Origin: a virus
Reading direction: 5' to 3' (one strand)
Length of the DNA: 64,000 bases
IMG/VR virus record: IMGVR_UViG_3300045988_142756
The notes under the pieces are model-generated. The model searched no databases, was not told the origin of the DNA, and was given only the letters and a program-made list of their open reading frames with translations. Every line of letters starts with the position of its first letter. Position 1 is the stretch's first letter. Positions 15,117-23,518 of this stretch are shown one piece after another. A program made the position numbers and the translations under genes.

Positions 15117-15608
15117 ATGAGCAAATATATTATTAGAAATGGAATACCCATTAGGCTTGAGGACAGTATTAACTTTGAAGCCTTAGATTATATAAGGCAA
15201 GAGAAAAAGTTATCTGATACTAAACAAGTTAAAGATACAAGTAAGGTAAAAGATGAATTATCCGAGAAAGATTCTAAAGAACTTGGTATTCGAGATATGA
15301 TTGCTTTTACTCAGCAAAGAATTAGAAGTTTAATAAATGATGAGTATGAAGCAATAGACGGTTATACTTCCGCTATCACCGAATTTATGCGAAATTATAA
15401 AGAAACTAATGATGAATTATATAATCAATTAGCAATGGTATTAGCGGATATAAAGAAAGAAGAATTTCCTCACGTCGGTGAATTAAATAAATGTTTAAGT
15501 TTAATTGATGAAGAGGAAGGTAGATTATTTAATAAAGGCGTCAGAGAAGCGAAAAAGACAGTAGAAAAATCAATGGCGCCACAAGAACAAGAACAAGTGG
15601 AGGAATAA
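15117..15608 (+). CDS. hypothetical acidic protein
   Basis: AAGAGG RBS; 163 aa. Confidence 0.6.
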   Translation: MSKYIIRNGIPIRLEDSINFEALDYIRQEKKLSDTKQVKDTSKVKDELSEKDSKELGIRDMIAFTQQRIRSLINDEYEAIDGYTSAITEFMRNYKETNDELYNQLAMVLADIKKEEFPHVGELNKCLSLIDEEEGRLFNKGVREAKKTVEKSMAPQEQEQVEE

Positions 15609-15614
15609 TATAGA

Positions 15615-16079
15615 ATGAAAGTATTTTCGTTATCGTCAGTAAGAGGTACATTATATAATGAATATTATGGCCTTACAAGTTTTGGCGGTCAATCTTATAT
15701 AAATTTAGGTGGCGGTCAAAAACAAATTGAAAAGATTAGTTATTCATATAATACTGATATATTTAGTATGAGTTCTACTGCTGATGGCGGTGTAGTTGTT
15801 GCTCATAGTAATGATAGATCTGGTACTATTTCAATACAATTACAACAAACATCACCGCATATTAAAGTACTTACAGAATTTGCAAAATGGTGCTGGGCAA
15901 ATCCAGACAAAGCAGAAAGTACATTAACAGTTACAGATGATACAGGTAACTTAGCATTTACTGCTACACAAGTATTTATTAAAGGAATACCTGAAAATTC
16001 TGTAGGTTCAACAGCAACTGAGCGTACCTATACATTTATGGCAGGTAATATAGAATCTCAGGAATCTAATATCGGCTGA
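15615..16079 (+). CDS. virion structural protein, possibly tail-tube-like (DUF3277 / PhiTE-tube-like from memory)
   Basis: 154 aa, beta-rich; GGAGGA RBS. The family assignment is a recollection, not a search result. Confidence 0.4.
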   Translation: MKVFSLSSVRGTLYNEYYGLTSFGGQSYINLGGGQKQIEKISYSYNTDIFSMSSTADGGVVVAHSNDRSGTISIQLQQTSPHIKVLTEFAKWCWANPDKAESTLTVTDDTGNLAFTATQVFIKGIPENSVGSTATERTYTFMAGNIESQESNIG

Positions 16080-16094
16080 TAGGAGGAACAAAGA

Positions 16095-17273
16095 ATGGTA
16101 GATATCAATAAACTTATAGATGTTAATTTTAATATTGTAAGAGAAACAACTCCTATTGGCAGTTATAAGAAAGCGTTATATTTTATGAATAAAACCACTA
16201 ATACTGCTTTTAATGGATATTGTACTTATTTGTTAAACAGTGAGAATGGTTTAACTCGTCAAAAAACAGATGGTAAAGATAATGCACCATTGACAGTAGA
16301 TATATTTAATAAGATAAACGCTACTCTTAGTGATGCATTAAAAGAAACTAATGTAATTGCAAATCTGAGCAGATTCTTTAATTACGACGGACAAGAGTTA
16401 ATTGTTGTGGTATGTGATAATAAGGTACCTACTGCAGATGATGTGCAAGCAATTAAAAGAACTTTCCAAGATTTCATTTATTACACAGTATCACAAGATA
16501 TTTTTAACTCATTAACTGCTACAAATATAGACGAACTTAACAACGATATTTCTGCCCCATATACTGTAAGATTATGCTTAACAGTTAAAAATACTACAGA
16601 AAACGAAACAAAATTAACAAATGTTAAAAATAATAACATATTTGTTAAATTAGTGGATACCACAGTCGAAACAGATGATGCGTTATCTTTCTTGGCGTTT
16701 ACAACACAGATAAGGCTTGACGGATTTAATACTATCGAAGATTATTGCTACACAGACGAAAATGGGTTAACAGTTTTAGATAGTAAAGGTCATTATGATA
16801 CGTGGGTTACTAAATATAATTTCGTTGACAAAGTTGGCAATAAGGTACTTAACTTCGGCGGAAATTTATATAATGGAACATCTATTGACAGCGACTTTGG
16901 TGTAACTTGTATAGAAAACGATATTGCGTATGCTTTATTAGATATAGTAACAAGTAAAATTCGTATTACTCCAACGGCACAAACAAGGGTTGTTACGGCA
17001 ATAAACACTGTTCTTAACAGATATATTAACAATGGTTTAATACTGTCTAATTCCGTTTATAGCGGGGAAGATATGTTTATTAAATACAATGAAAAAACAT
17101 ATTCTATAATCCATAAAGGAACAACTTTATTAAATGGTTATTATGTATTTACAGTTCCTGTAAGTGCAATATCTGTAGAGGATAAACAAAATAAAAAATT
17201 CACACCGATTATCGTAGTCATTATGACTTCGGCAGGAGCAAGAACAATAAGCGTATCTGGTTACGCATATTAA
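16095..17273 (+). CDS. virion structural protein, possibly tail-sheath-like (DUF3383-like from memory)
   Basis: 392 aa; AGGAGG RBS; paired with the preceding tube-sized gene. The baseplate genes imply a contractile tail, and no other sheath candidate is present. Confidence 0.4.
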   Translation: MVDINKLIDVNFNIVRETTPIGSYKKALYFMNKTTNTAFNGYCTYLLNSENGLTRQKTDGKDNAPLTVDIFNKINATLSDALKETNVIANLSRFFNYDGQELIVVVCDNKVPTADDVQAIKRTFQDFIYYTVSQDIFNSLTATNIDELNNDISAPYTVRLCLTVKNTTENETKLTNVKNNNIFVKLVDTTVETDDALSFLAFTTQIRLDGFNTIEDYCYTDENGLTVLDSKGHYDTWVTKYNFVDKVGNKVLNFGGNLYNGTSIDSDFGVTCIENDIAYALLDIVTSKIRITPTAQTRVVTAINTVLNRYINNGLILSNSVYSGEDMFIKYNEKTYSIIHKGTTLLNGYYVFTVPVSAISVEDKQNKKFTPIIVVIMTSAGARTISVSGYAY

Positions 17274-17281
17274 GAAGATAA

Positions 17282-18934
17282 ATGGACAGGCTCAAAAAGA
17301 ACACTTTAATAGACAATATTGAAATATCCATCAGTGACGCTGCACCTAAGATGCCAACTGATATAAGTAAAGCATCAGTAGAGCAACGCATTAAAATGGC
17401 TACAAAGTTAATGGACGACGCATTAGGTATGTCCGTTAGTAATGGTGTGAGCGTTAAAGATGGGTCTTTCAATAATAGTCGACTTAAATTAGGTATAAGT
17501 GATATAAACCTTAACAGTGGCGAATACTTCACTGATATGATTACATTCGACAGAATGACAATCATAGAATTATATCACGGAAACTGGATATTTAGAAGAA
17601 TAATTGACAGGGTTGCACAAGATATGTGGTCACACGGTATTGCTATAAAATGTGATACAGACCCAGTCGAATTAGAAAATGTTTACAAAAGATTAAATAG
17701 ATTAAACAGTCAACTTATTTATGGACGAGAGCAGGCAAGGTTATTTGGTGGTGCTGCCTCTCTTATTATGGTTGACGATGGTGAAGAAGATTTATCAAAA
17801 CCATTAAATATAAATAATATAAAACCACATTCCCCTATAAGATTATATACAACGGATAGATGGTACGGGTTAGAAACAAGTACTGAATTAGTAACTAACT
17901 TCAAGAGCGTTGATTTTAATACACCTAAATATTATACCTTCTATTTAGATAACGGCGATTCTAAACGGTCTACACAGTTCACAAGAGTACATCATAGCAG
18001 AGTACTTCGTCATACAAATAGACGAACTGTAAGAATGATGGAAGATAGGCTTATGGGCTGGGGGTTAAGTGAGTTAGAACATATTTATCAAACACTTCTT
18101 GCTCATACCACAATGAATATGTCTTCCGTATCACTTGTCGGCAAATCATTACTTGAAATTGTTAAGGTTTCGGGTATGAGAGGTATGATGAGTGGACTCA
18201 GTATGGGTAACAGTGGAGCACAAGCACAATTAGGTGCCCAGTTGTCTGCAATAAATAATTATAGAAACATAAATGATTTAGTTTTAATTGATAAAGATGA
18301 CGAATATGACAGAAAAGAACTTCAATTAAATGGATTAAATGATTTATTACAAAACGAACAAGAACTTATTGCAGGTGCTGCTGAAATGCCACAGGTTCTA
18401 ATTTACGGACAAACTAAAAATGGTTTAGGCGATAATGCAACTGAAATGGTATTCTACGCACAAACAATTCTTGGAAAACAAGAAGCAGAGTTAAGGGTAG
18501 AATTAGATAAATTATTACCTATAATATTTAAGGTAGAAGGATTAGAAGTACCTTCAAATTTAGACTATGATTTTAATAGTATAAATGATATGGAACCTGA
18601 TGCAAAAGTAAATCTTATAAATAGTGTAGCAGGTGCTATAAATACTCTTACCGAAGCAGGGTTAATGACAAAAGAAACCGGATTAGCAGAATTAAAACAA
18701 TATTCGGCTATAACTGGATTTGGTGCTAACTTAGCAGAAAGAGATTTAGAGTTAGCCAAACAAATGGACCAGCAGTCGGGTGAAGAAGAAGATGAACTGA
18801 GCGGAATGAATTTAGGTAGTAATGAACCACAAGTTGGTGAAGAACAACCTGAAGATAATTTAACCGATGACTATGCAGAAGTAAAAGAAAAGGTACTTAA
18901 AAATAAATTCTTTGATAGGAAAAAGCGTAAATGA
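17282..18934 (+). CDS. portal protein (DUF1073-type)
   Basis: 550 aa. Supported by its position, the motif ELYHGNWIFRRIIDRVAQDMW and an acidic C-terminal tail. Confidence 0.75.
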   Translation: MDRLKKNTLIDNIEISISDAAPKMPTDISKASVEQRIKMATKLMDDALGMSVSNGVSVKDGSFNNSRLKLGISDINLNSGEYFTDMITFDRMTIIELYHGNWIFRRIIDRVAQDMWSHGIAIKCDTDPVELENVYKRLNRLNSQLIYGREQARLFGGAASLIMVDDGEEDLSKPLNINNIKPHSPIRLYTTDRWYGLETSTELVTNFKSVDFNTPKYYTFYLDNGDSKRSTQFTRVHHSRVLRHTNRRTVRMMEDRLMGWGLSELEHIYQTLLAHTTMNMSSVSLVGKSLLEIVKVSGMRGMMSGLSMGNSGAQAQLGAQLSAINNYRNINDLVLIDKDDEYDRKELQLNGLNDLLQNEQELIAGAAEMPQVLIYGQTKNGLGDNATEMVFYAQTILGKQEAELRVELDKLLPIIFKVEGLEVPSNLDYDFNSINDMEPDAKVNLINSVAGAINTLTEAGLMTKETGLAELKQYSAITGFGANLAERDLELAKQMDQQSGEEEDELSGMNLGSNEPQVGEEQPEDNLTDDYAEVKEKVLKNKFFDRKKRK

Positions 18935-19362
18935 TAAAACAATATAGAGTTAAAATAAATGATAGAAATTTTATTGTTAAGGCTGAGAATCAACGACAAG
19001 CAGTACTTAAAGTTAAGGCAGTAATAAGAGATATAGGCTCTATTATAAAAGGTGTGTCGTTTTCATACAAAGAAAATATACCTTCTGCACTAAACTTAAA
19101 TAAAATATATGACGATACTGTATATCGTTTAGGTAATAATACATATCTATATATTAGAATATTAACTACACAAAATCTAATGTTCCACGAAGATATGTGG
19201 AATTATATAGAACGGTTATATAAGGGTTCAGAATCTGAAAGATACGCTATAACGGCATATAAAGACCATAATAATAACGTAATATTTGAATCAAGTAATA
19301 ATAGCCCGTTTGATGCTAAGTTAGAACAGCTATGTAGGAAATATTATAGAAATAATGATTAA
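18931..19362 (+). CDS. hypothetical protein with the recurrent N-terminal module
   Basis: MIKQYRVKINDRNFIVKAENQRQAVLKVKAVIRD; ATGA overlap with the portal gene. Confidence 0.6.
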   Translation: MIKQYRVKINDRNFIVKAENQRQAVLKVKAVIRDIGSIIKGVSFSYKENIPSALNLNKIYDDTVYRLGNNTYLYIRILTTQNLMFHEDMWNYIERLYKGSESERYAITAYKDHNNNVIFESSNNSPFDAKLEQLCRKYYRNND

Positions 19363-19391
19363 ATAGATTATAAATAAGGAGAATCTTATAT

Positions 19392-19985
19392 ATGAAGTTA
19401 ATGAAAACAACACGAAGCGAAGGTGAATTCTTAACTCGTTTTAGCACCGAATATAAAATGACTAAATCAAAAACACCTCAATTCGTTACAATATTAGTAC
19501 CAGATGAACAAGCACAACTTATGCAAAGAATAGGCATAAATGATTTTATAGCAGGTGATTCTGTAGAAGATGTTATGACATCTGTAAAAGTTTATAAGTT
19601 AGACCCTGCTAATGTGCCACAAGATGCAAATAAAGTAGATTGTGCTAAAAACCAAACTGTTGTAACTGTTTCTAATGGTCAAGATGAAAATCAATTTAAG
19701 ATTTATGCACCGTTAGATAAGATGGTTAAGTTTAATAGTACTAACCCTAATCAAGGTGAACATTATTGGATAGGTATTGCAGTGCAAACAGGAGAGGCAT
19801 CAATAACAAGCCTTAAATGGAATGGAACACAATTAACATCTTTAGATGTTGCAGACGCTAATTCAGTTAAATTACCTACTGGTAGTATTATTTTATGGTT
19901 ACCTGGTGAAACAACCGGCACAGCGTCAGCAGTCGTTTCTAAAGGGGATAAATCAACCGTATTGGTATTTGAATTCATACATTAA
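19392..19985 (+). CDS. hypothetical beta-rich, possibly virion-associated protein
   Basis: AAGGAG RBS; 197 aa. Confidence 0.6.
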   Translation: MKLMKTTRSEGEFLTRFSTEYKMTKSKTPQFVTILVPDEQAQLMQRIGINDFIAGDSVEDVMTSVKVYKLDPANVPQDANKVDCAKNQTVVTVSNGQDENQFKIYAPLDKMVKFNSTNPNQGEHYWIGIAVQTGEASITSLKWNGTQLTSLDVADANSVKLPTGSIILWLPGETTGTASAVVSKGDKSTVLVFEFIH

Positions 19986-19997
19986 GAGGAACAATAT

Positions 19998-21998
19998 ATG
20001 AGAGAATTTAGAATTAAAGTAAATGATGAAAAAACCTATGTAGTTAAAGCAAATGATTATAATCAAGCCGTTAAAACTTTACATAGTAAATTAAGAGATT
20101 TTGATTTAACAAACTTCCTTGCATTAAAACGTTCTCTTGAATTAAGAATAGGTGAAGAGATAGATTTTGATAAATTAGAAGAATACGTTAATAAATTACC
20201 AAAAGATAAAAACGGCAAGAAAAATGTAGATGTTAAAGAAGTTATTAAGTGCTGTATAAAAGCAAAGGATAACGCAGTAAGTGATTCCATTAGTAAGTAT
20301 AATGGTGAAGACGCAATAAGAACTAATGGTTTTGTAAAAATAAAAGAAGATGGTGATTGGACTTCCTATAAATATAATGGAAGTGATTTTGATGGTGCTG
20401 TTTTCAAAATTCATCAATACAATCCGAGTTTAATTGCTTTCGTCAGTAATGGTAATAGAACTATAACTGTAAGAAATAAATATCTTAATGACGCTGATAA
20501 TACTGCACAAGGTGAAATAGAAGTTTTGAAGTCTTTTGGATTTGATTATAAAGACGGAAAATGGGTAAAAGAATCTAATAATAACACTATTGTTGCCCAA
20601 CCTGATTATCATTATGTTTCCGTAATAGGACCTGGTGATACGGAGAAACATTGTAAAAAATATCAATATCAATCTGCAGGAATGCTTAAAAAAATAATAG
20701 CATCAAATATTAAAGATTCTTCTATAACTGATACGGATATGAAAACTGCCGAAGATATCATAAAGAAATATGGTGGTAATCCTGTTGGCAACGTTATGGG
20801 CTTACAAAAAACTCGTTTTGTAGGTCAAGATGAAATTAAAAATCAACACGATTTTGCCACTGACTTAGATAAAGCAGGGTATAAATTCTATTTAATAAAT
20901 GGTAGATATCGTATATCACCTAAAGATTCTTCTATAAAAGATGTATCTTATGTAAGTGGTAAAAACTTAAAAATAGGACAGAAAATAGTAGAAGATGGTG
21001 AAGTATTAGAAGTTGTGGATATAAAAGAAACTCAAAGGGGAGTAAATAATAATTATAGAGATGTAACTTTTAAGAATGTTAAAACAGGTGCTACTGAAAC
21101 CGTTCATTTTGGAAATAGTACATTGGCAAGATTAAATGATTATTCTATAAAAGATAGTGATAGTTATCAAGTATGGACTATAAATGAAAAAGGTGTATAT
21201 CATAAAGAAGCAGATGTACCAAATCCGCAATTAGCAAAAGCGATTGCGTCTCAATTAAAGAAACAAGGTAGATGGGTTCAGATATCTAAAAATTCAAGAA
21301 CAAATATAGTTAGTGACTGTGATATGATGGATTCTTTAAGTATAAAAGTTAAGCTTAATGGCAAAACATATAACGGTATATTTAATGGTATATCTAATAC
21401 AGATAAAACTTTCGGTGATGTATATATTCCTGAACTTGTTTCACTTCATAGCGGTGATAAAGGCGTATTTAATCCGGATGAAGGAAATTACGTTTCGGAC
21501 GGTAAATTTTATTTCAAGATGGAAAATCTTAAGAAATGGAATCCTTTTCTAAATAATTATTTAACTGATTCTAATATAACTGATGCTGACCCTGTAAAAG
21601 TAGAAAAGATTATTAGAAAAGAAAAAAGTGCATTAGGTGTTACATATTATATTTTCCAAACAAAATCAAGTAGTGGTTATACAATATATTATCAAGTAAC
21701 TGATAAAACTTATCACGGCGAACCTACTTACTCGGGCGGTGGTATAGTATCGTTCTCATTAAAATCAGCGAATGATACTTTAGACCATAACTTATTATCA
21801 GACAAACTCAAAGCAAAATATGGTGAGAAAGAAGGAACAAAGAGATATTTACGCGGTGAGAATGATAGTGCTATAAAAGATTCTAATAATATTAAAAATC
21901 GTAAATCTTATACAATAAAGGTAGGAGACAAACAGTATAAAGTATTTGCGGAATCTGAAAGTGAAGCAATAAATAAATACATTAAAAGTAAGAAATAA
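19998..21998 (+). CDS. large head-region protein (666 aa) with the module at both termini and seven D-S-x-I-[KT]-D-type motifs
   Basis: N-terminal MREFRIKVNDEKTYVVKANDYNQAVKTLHSKLRD. C-terminal KSYTIKVGDKQYKVFAESESEAINKYIKSKK. The motif Asp falls at residues 96, 240, 310, 381, 445, 524 and 623. Confidence 0.7.
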   Translation: MREFRIKVNDEKTYVVKANDYNQAVKTLHSKLRDFDLTNFLALKRSLELRIGEEIDFDKLEEYVNKLPKDKNGKKNVDVKEVIKCCIKAKDNAVSDSISKYNGEDAIRTNGFVKIKEDGDWTSYKYNGSDFDGAVFKIHQYNPSLIAFVSNGNRTITVRNKYLNDADNTAQGEIEVLKSFGFDYKDGKWVKESNNNTIVAQPDYHYVSVIGPGDTEKHCKKYQYQSAGMLKKIIASNIKDSSITDTDMKTAEDIIKKYGGNPVGNVMGLQKTRFVGQDEIKNQHDFATDLDKAGYKFYLINGRYRISPKDSSIKDVSYVSGKNLKIGQKIVEDGEVLEVVDIKETQRGVNNNYRDVTFKNVKTGATETVHFGNSTLARLNDYSIKDSDSYQVWTINEKGVYHKEADVPNPQLAKAIASQLKKQGRWVQISKNSRTNIVSDCDMMDSLSIKVKLNGKTYNGIFNGISNTDKTFGDVYIPELVSLHSGDKGVFNPDEGNYVSDGKFYFKMENLKKWNPFLNNYLTDSNITDADPVKVEKIIRKEKSALGVTYYIFQTKSSSGYTIYYQVTDKTYHGEPTYSGGGIVSFSLKSANDTLDHNLLSDKLKAKYGEKEGTKRYLRGENDSAIKDSNNIKNRKSYTIKVGDKQYKVFAESESEAINKYIKSKK

Positions 21999-22579
21999 TG
22001 ATGACAATAGAAGACTTAAAAATTAACATTGATAATTGTGTTAAATACATTAAAGATAAGTACGGAGAGCAGGAAGATTTAAGTCCTGCTCAATGGCTTA
22101 CCTTAATCGCCGAAGAATTTGGTGAATTTGCACAAGAAATAAACGATAATAATTTAGGTAACAATTTTATAGAAGAAGGTTGTCAAGTATGTGCAACTAC
22201 TTTATGTGCTATGGAGCAAATATTTAATAATTCAACTAAGGTGAATGTTATGGATAAGAAATTTGTAATTAAGAAAAATGACAAGAAATATGTAGTTTAT
22301 GCTACAGATGCTGAAACAGCAAAACAAAAATTAGAAGTTAAGATAAACCCAGATAGAGTTGTTGAAGTAGCAGATGCTTATAATATTTCTTTAGATAGGT
22401 ATGATAGTCAATTATCAAGATTAAATAACGCTATACAACTGTTAGAAGGCGTAGATGGATATAGTAAAATATATAACAGCGTCCAGGGGTTATGGGGTGT
22501 ATTGAAAAAAGAAATACAATCCGATAATAGACTTTCTGATGATGAGAAACAAGGTTTATTTAGAAAGTATAATTTATAA
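21998..22579 (+). CDS. MazG-like all-alpha NTP pyrophosphohydrolase domain fused to the recurrent module
   Basis: LIAEEFGEFAQEIND (EExxE motif). The module begins at the internal Met85 (nt 22250), which is preceded by an AAGGTG RBS-like sequence. Confidence 0.6.
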   Translation: MMTIEDLKINIDNCVKYIKDKYGEQEDLSPAQWLTLIAEEFGEFAQEINDNNLGNNFIEEGCQVCATTLCAMEQIFNNSTKVNVMDKKFVIKKNDKKYVVYATDAETAKQKLEVKINPDRVVEVADAYNISLDRYDSQLSRLNNAIQLLEGVDGYSKIYNSVQGLWGVLKKEIQSDNRLSDDEKQGLFRKYNL

Positions 22580-22584
22580 GATAA

Positions 22585-23508
22585 ATGAAAAAGAAACTTA
22601 CACCGAGTTTTCTTTTACGCAAACGAAAACGCTTAAAACCTAATCAGACCGCTGCGGTTAAATTTTTCAATTACTTAAAGAAAGAATTAACTAAGCAACT
22701 GAACCTTAAAAAAGATTCTACCATAGAAGACGCATTAGATAAACTTCTAAAGGTAGATTTCACAGGGATTAAAAAACATATTAACAGATTAGGTTTAGAC
22801 GTTCTAAAAAAGAATAGAGAAGGCTTTGCAAATATTCTTGAGTCTTTAACAATAGGCTTAGCACAACAAAATATACAAAAACAAAAACAACGAGAAGAAG
22901 AATTATTCAAACAAGCATTACCAAGCCTAATTAAAGAAACTAAGATATATCAACCTTTTTTGGATAAGTTTAATGAGAATATGTCGCTCATAAAAAACTT
23001 ACCAGCAGATGTTGAAAGAGAACTTAAAAAAGCATACCTTAAAGGCGAAGGATTCCGTGGACAGGATATAGAAGACTATATTACTGAGAAAATGGGTAAA
23101 CGAGCAAAACTCATTATCAGAACGGAAAGTGCTAAATTAAATTCTGCATTAACAGAAGTACGAGCAAAGAGTTTAGATATTAACTGTTATATGTGGAGTA
23201 CAAGTCAAGATGCAAGGGTAAGACCAAGTCATAAGTTAATGAATAATGTATTAGTATTCTTTAATGATACTCCTATTCTTGACGGAATGAAGGGTAATGC
23301 AGGTGAAACACCTAACTGTCGCTGTATTGAATTACCAGTATTTGGAATAGATGATATATCGTTTCCAGTAAAGGTAGCAGAAAGGTTAGTAGTAGATAGT
23401 AAATATAATAAATCTACTAAAAAGTCAAACGCAATAATAAAAAGCGGTAGAATCGCTATTTATAATAAAAAAGAATTTATAGAAAAATACGGAAATAATT
23501 TCAATTGA
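22585..23508 (+). CDS. head morphogenesis protein, Mu gpF / SPP1 gp7 family
   Basis: WSTSQDARVRPSHKLMNN...GETPNCRCIELPV matches the family signature R..H...P.CRC. Confidence 0.8.
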   Translation: MKKKLTPSFLLRKRKRLKPNQTAAVKFFNYLKKELTKQLNLKKDSTIEDALDKLLKVDFTGIKKHINRLGLDVLKKNREGFANILESLTIGLAQQNIQKQKQREEELFKQALPSLIKETKIYQPFLDKFNENMSLIKNLPADVERELKKAYLKGEGFRGQDIEDYITEKMGKRAKLIIRTESAKLNSALTEVRAKSLDINCYMWSTSQDARVRPSHKLMNNVLVFFNDTPILDGMKGNAGETPNCRCIELPVFGIDDISFPVKVAERLVVDSKYNKSTKKSNAIIKSGRIAIYNKKEFIEKYGNNFN

Positions 23509-23518
23509 GAGGTATTAA

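Noticed and set aside
21358-21552. Plus-strand ORFs nested in alternative frames: 21358..21552, 27747..27974, 49084..49281, 53154..53408 and 57878..58150.
   Set aside because: Each is fully embedded in, or overlaps, a longer and better-supported gene. They lack an RBS and have implausible composition.
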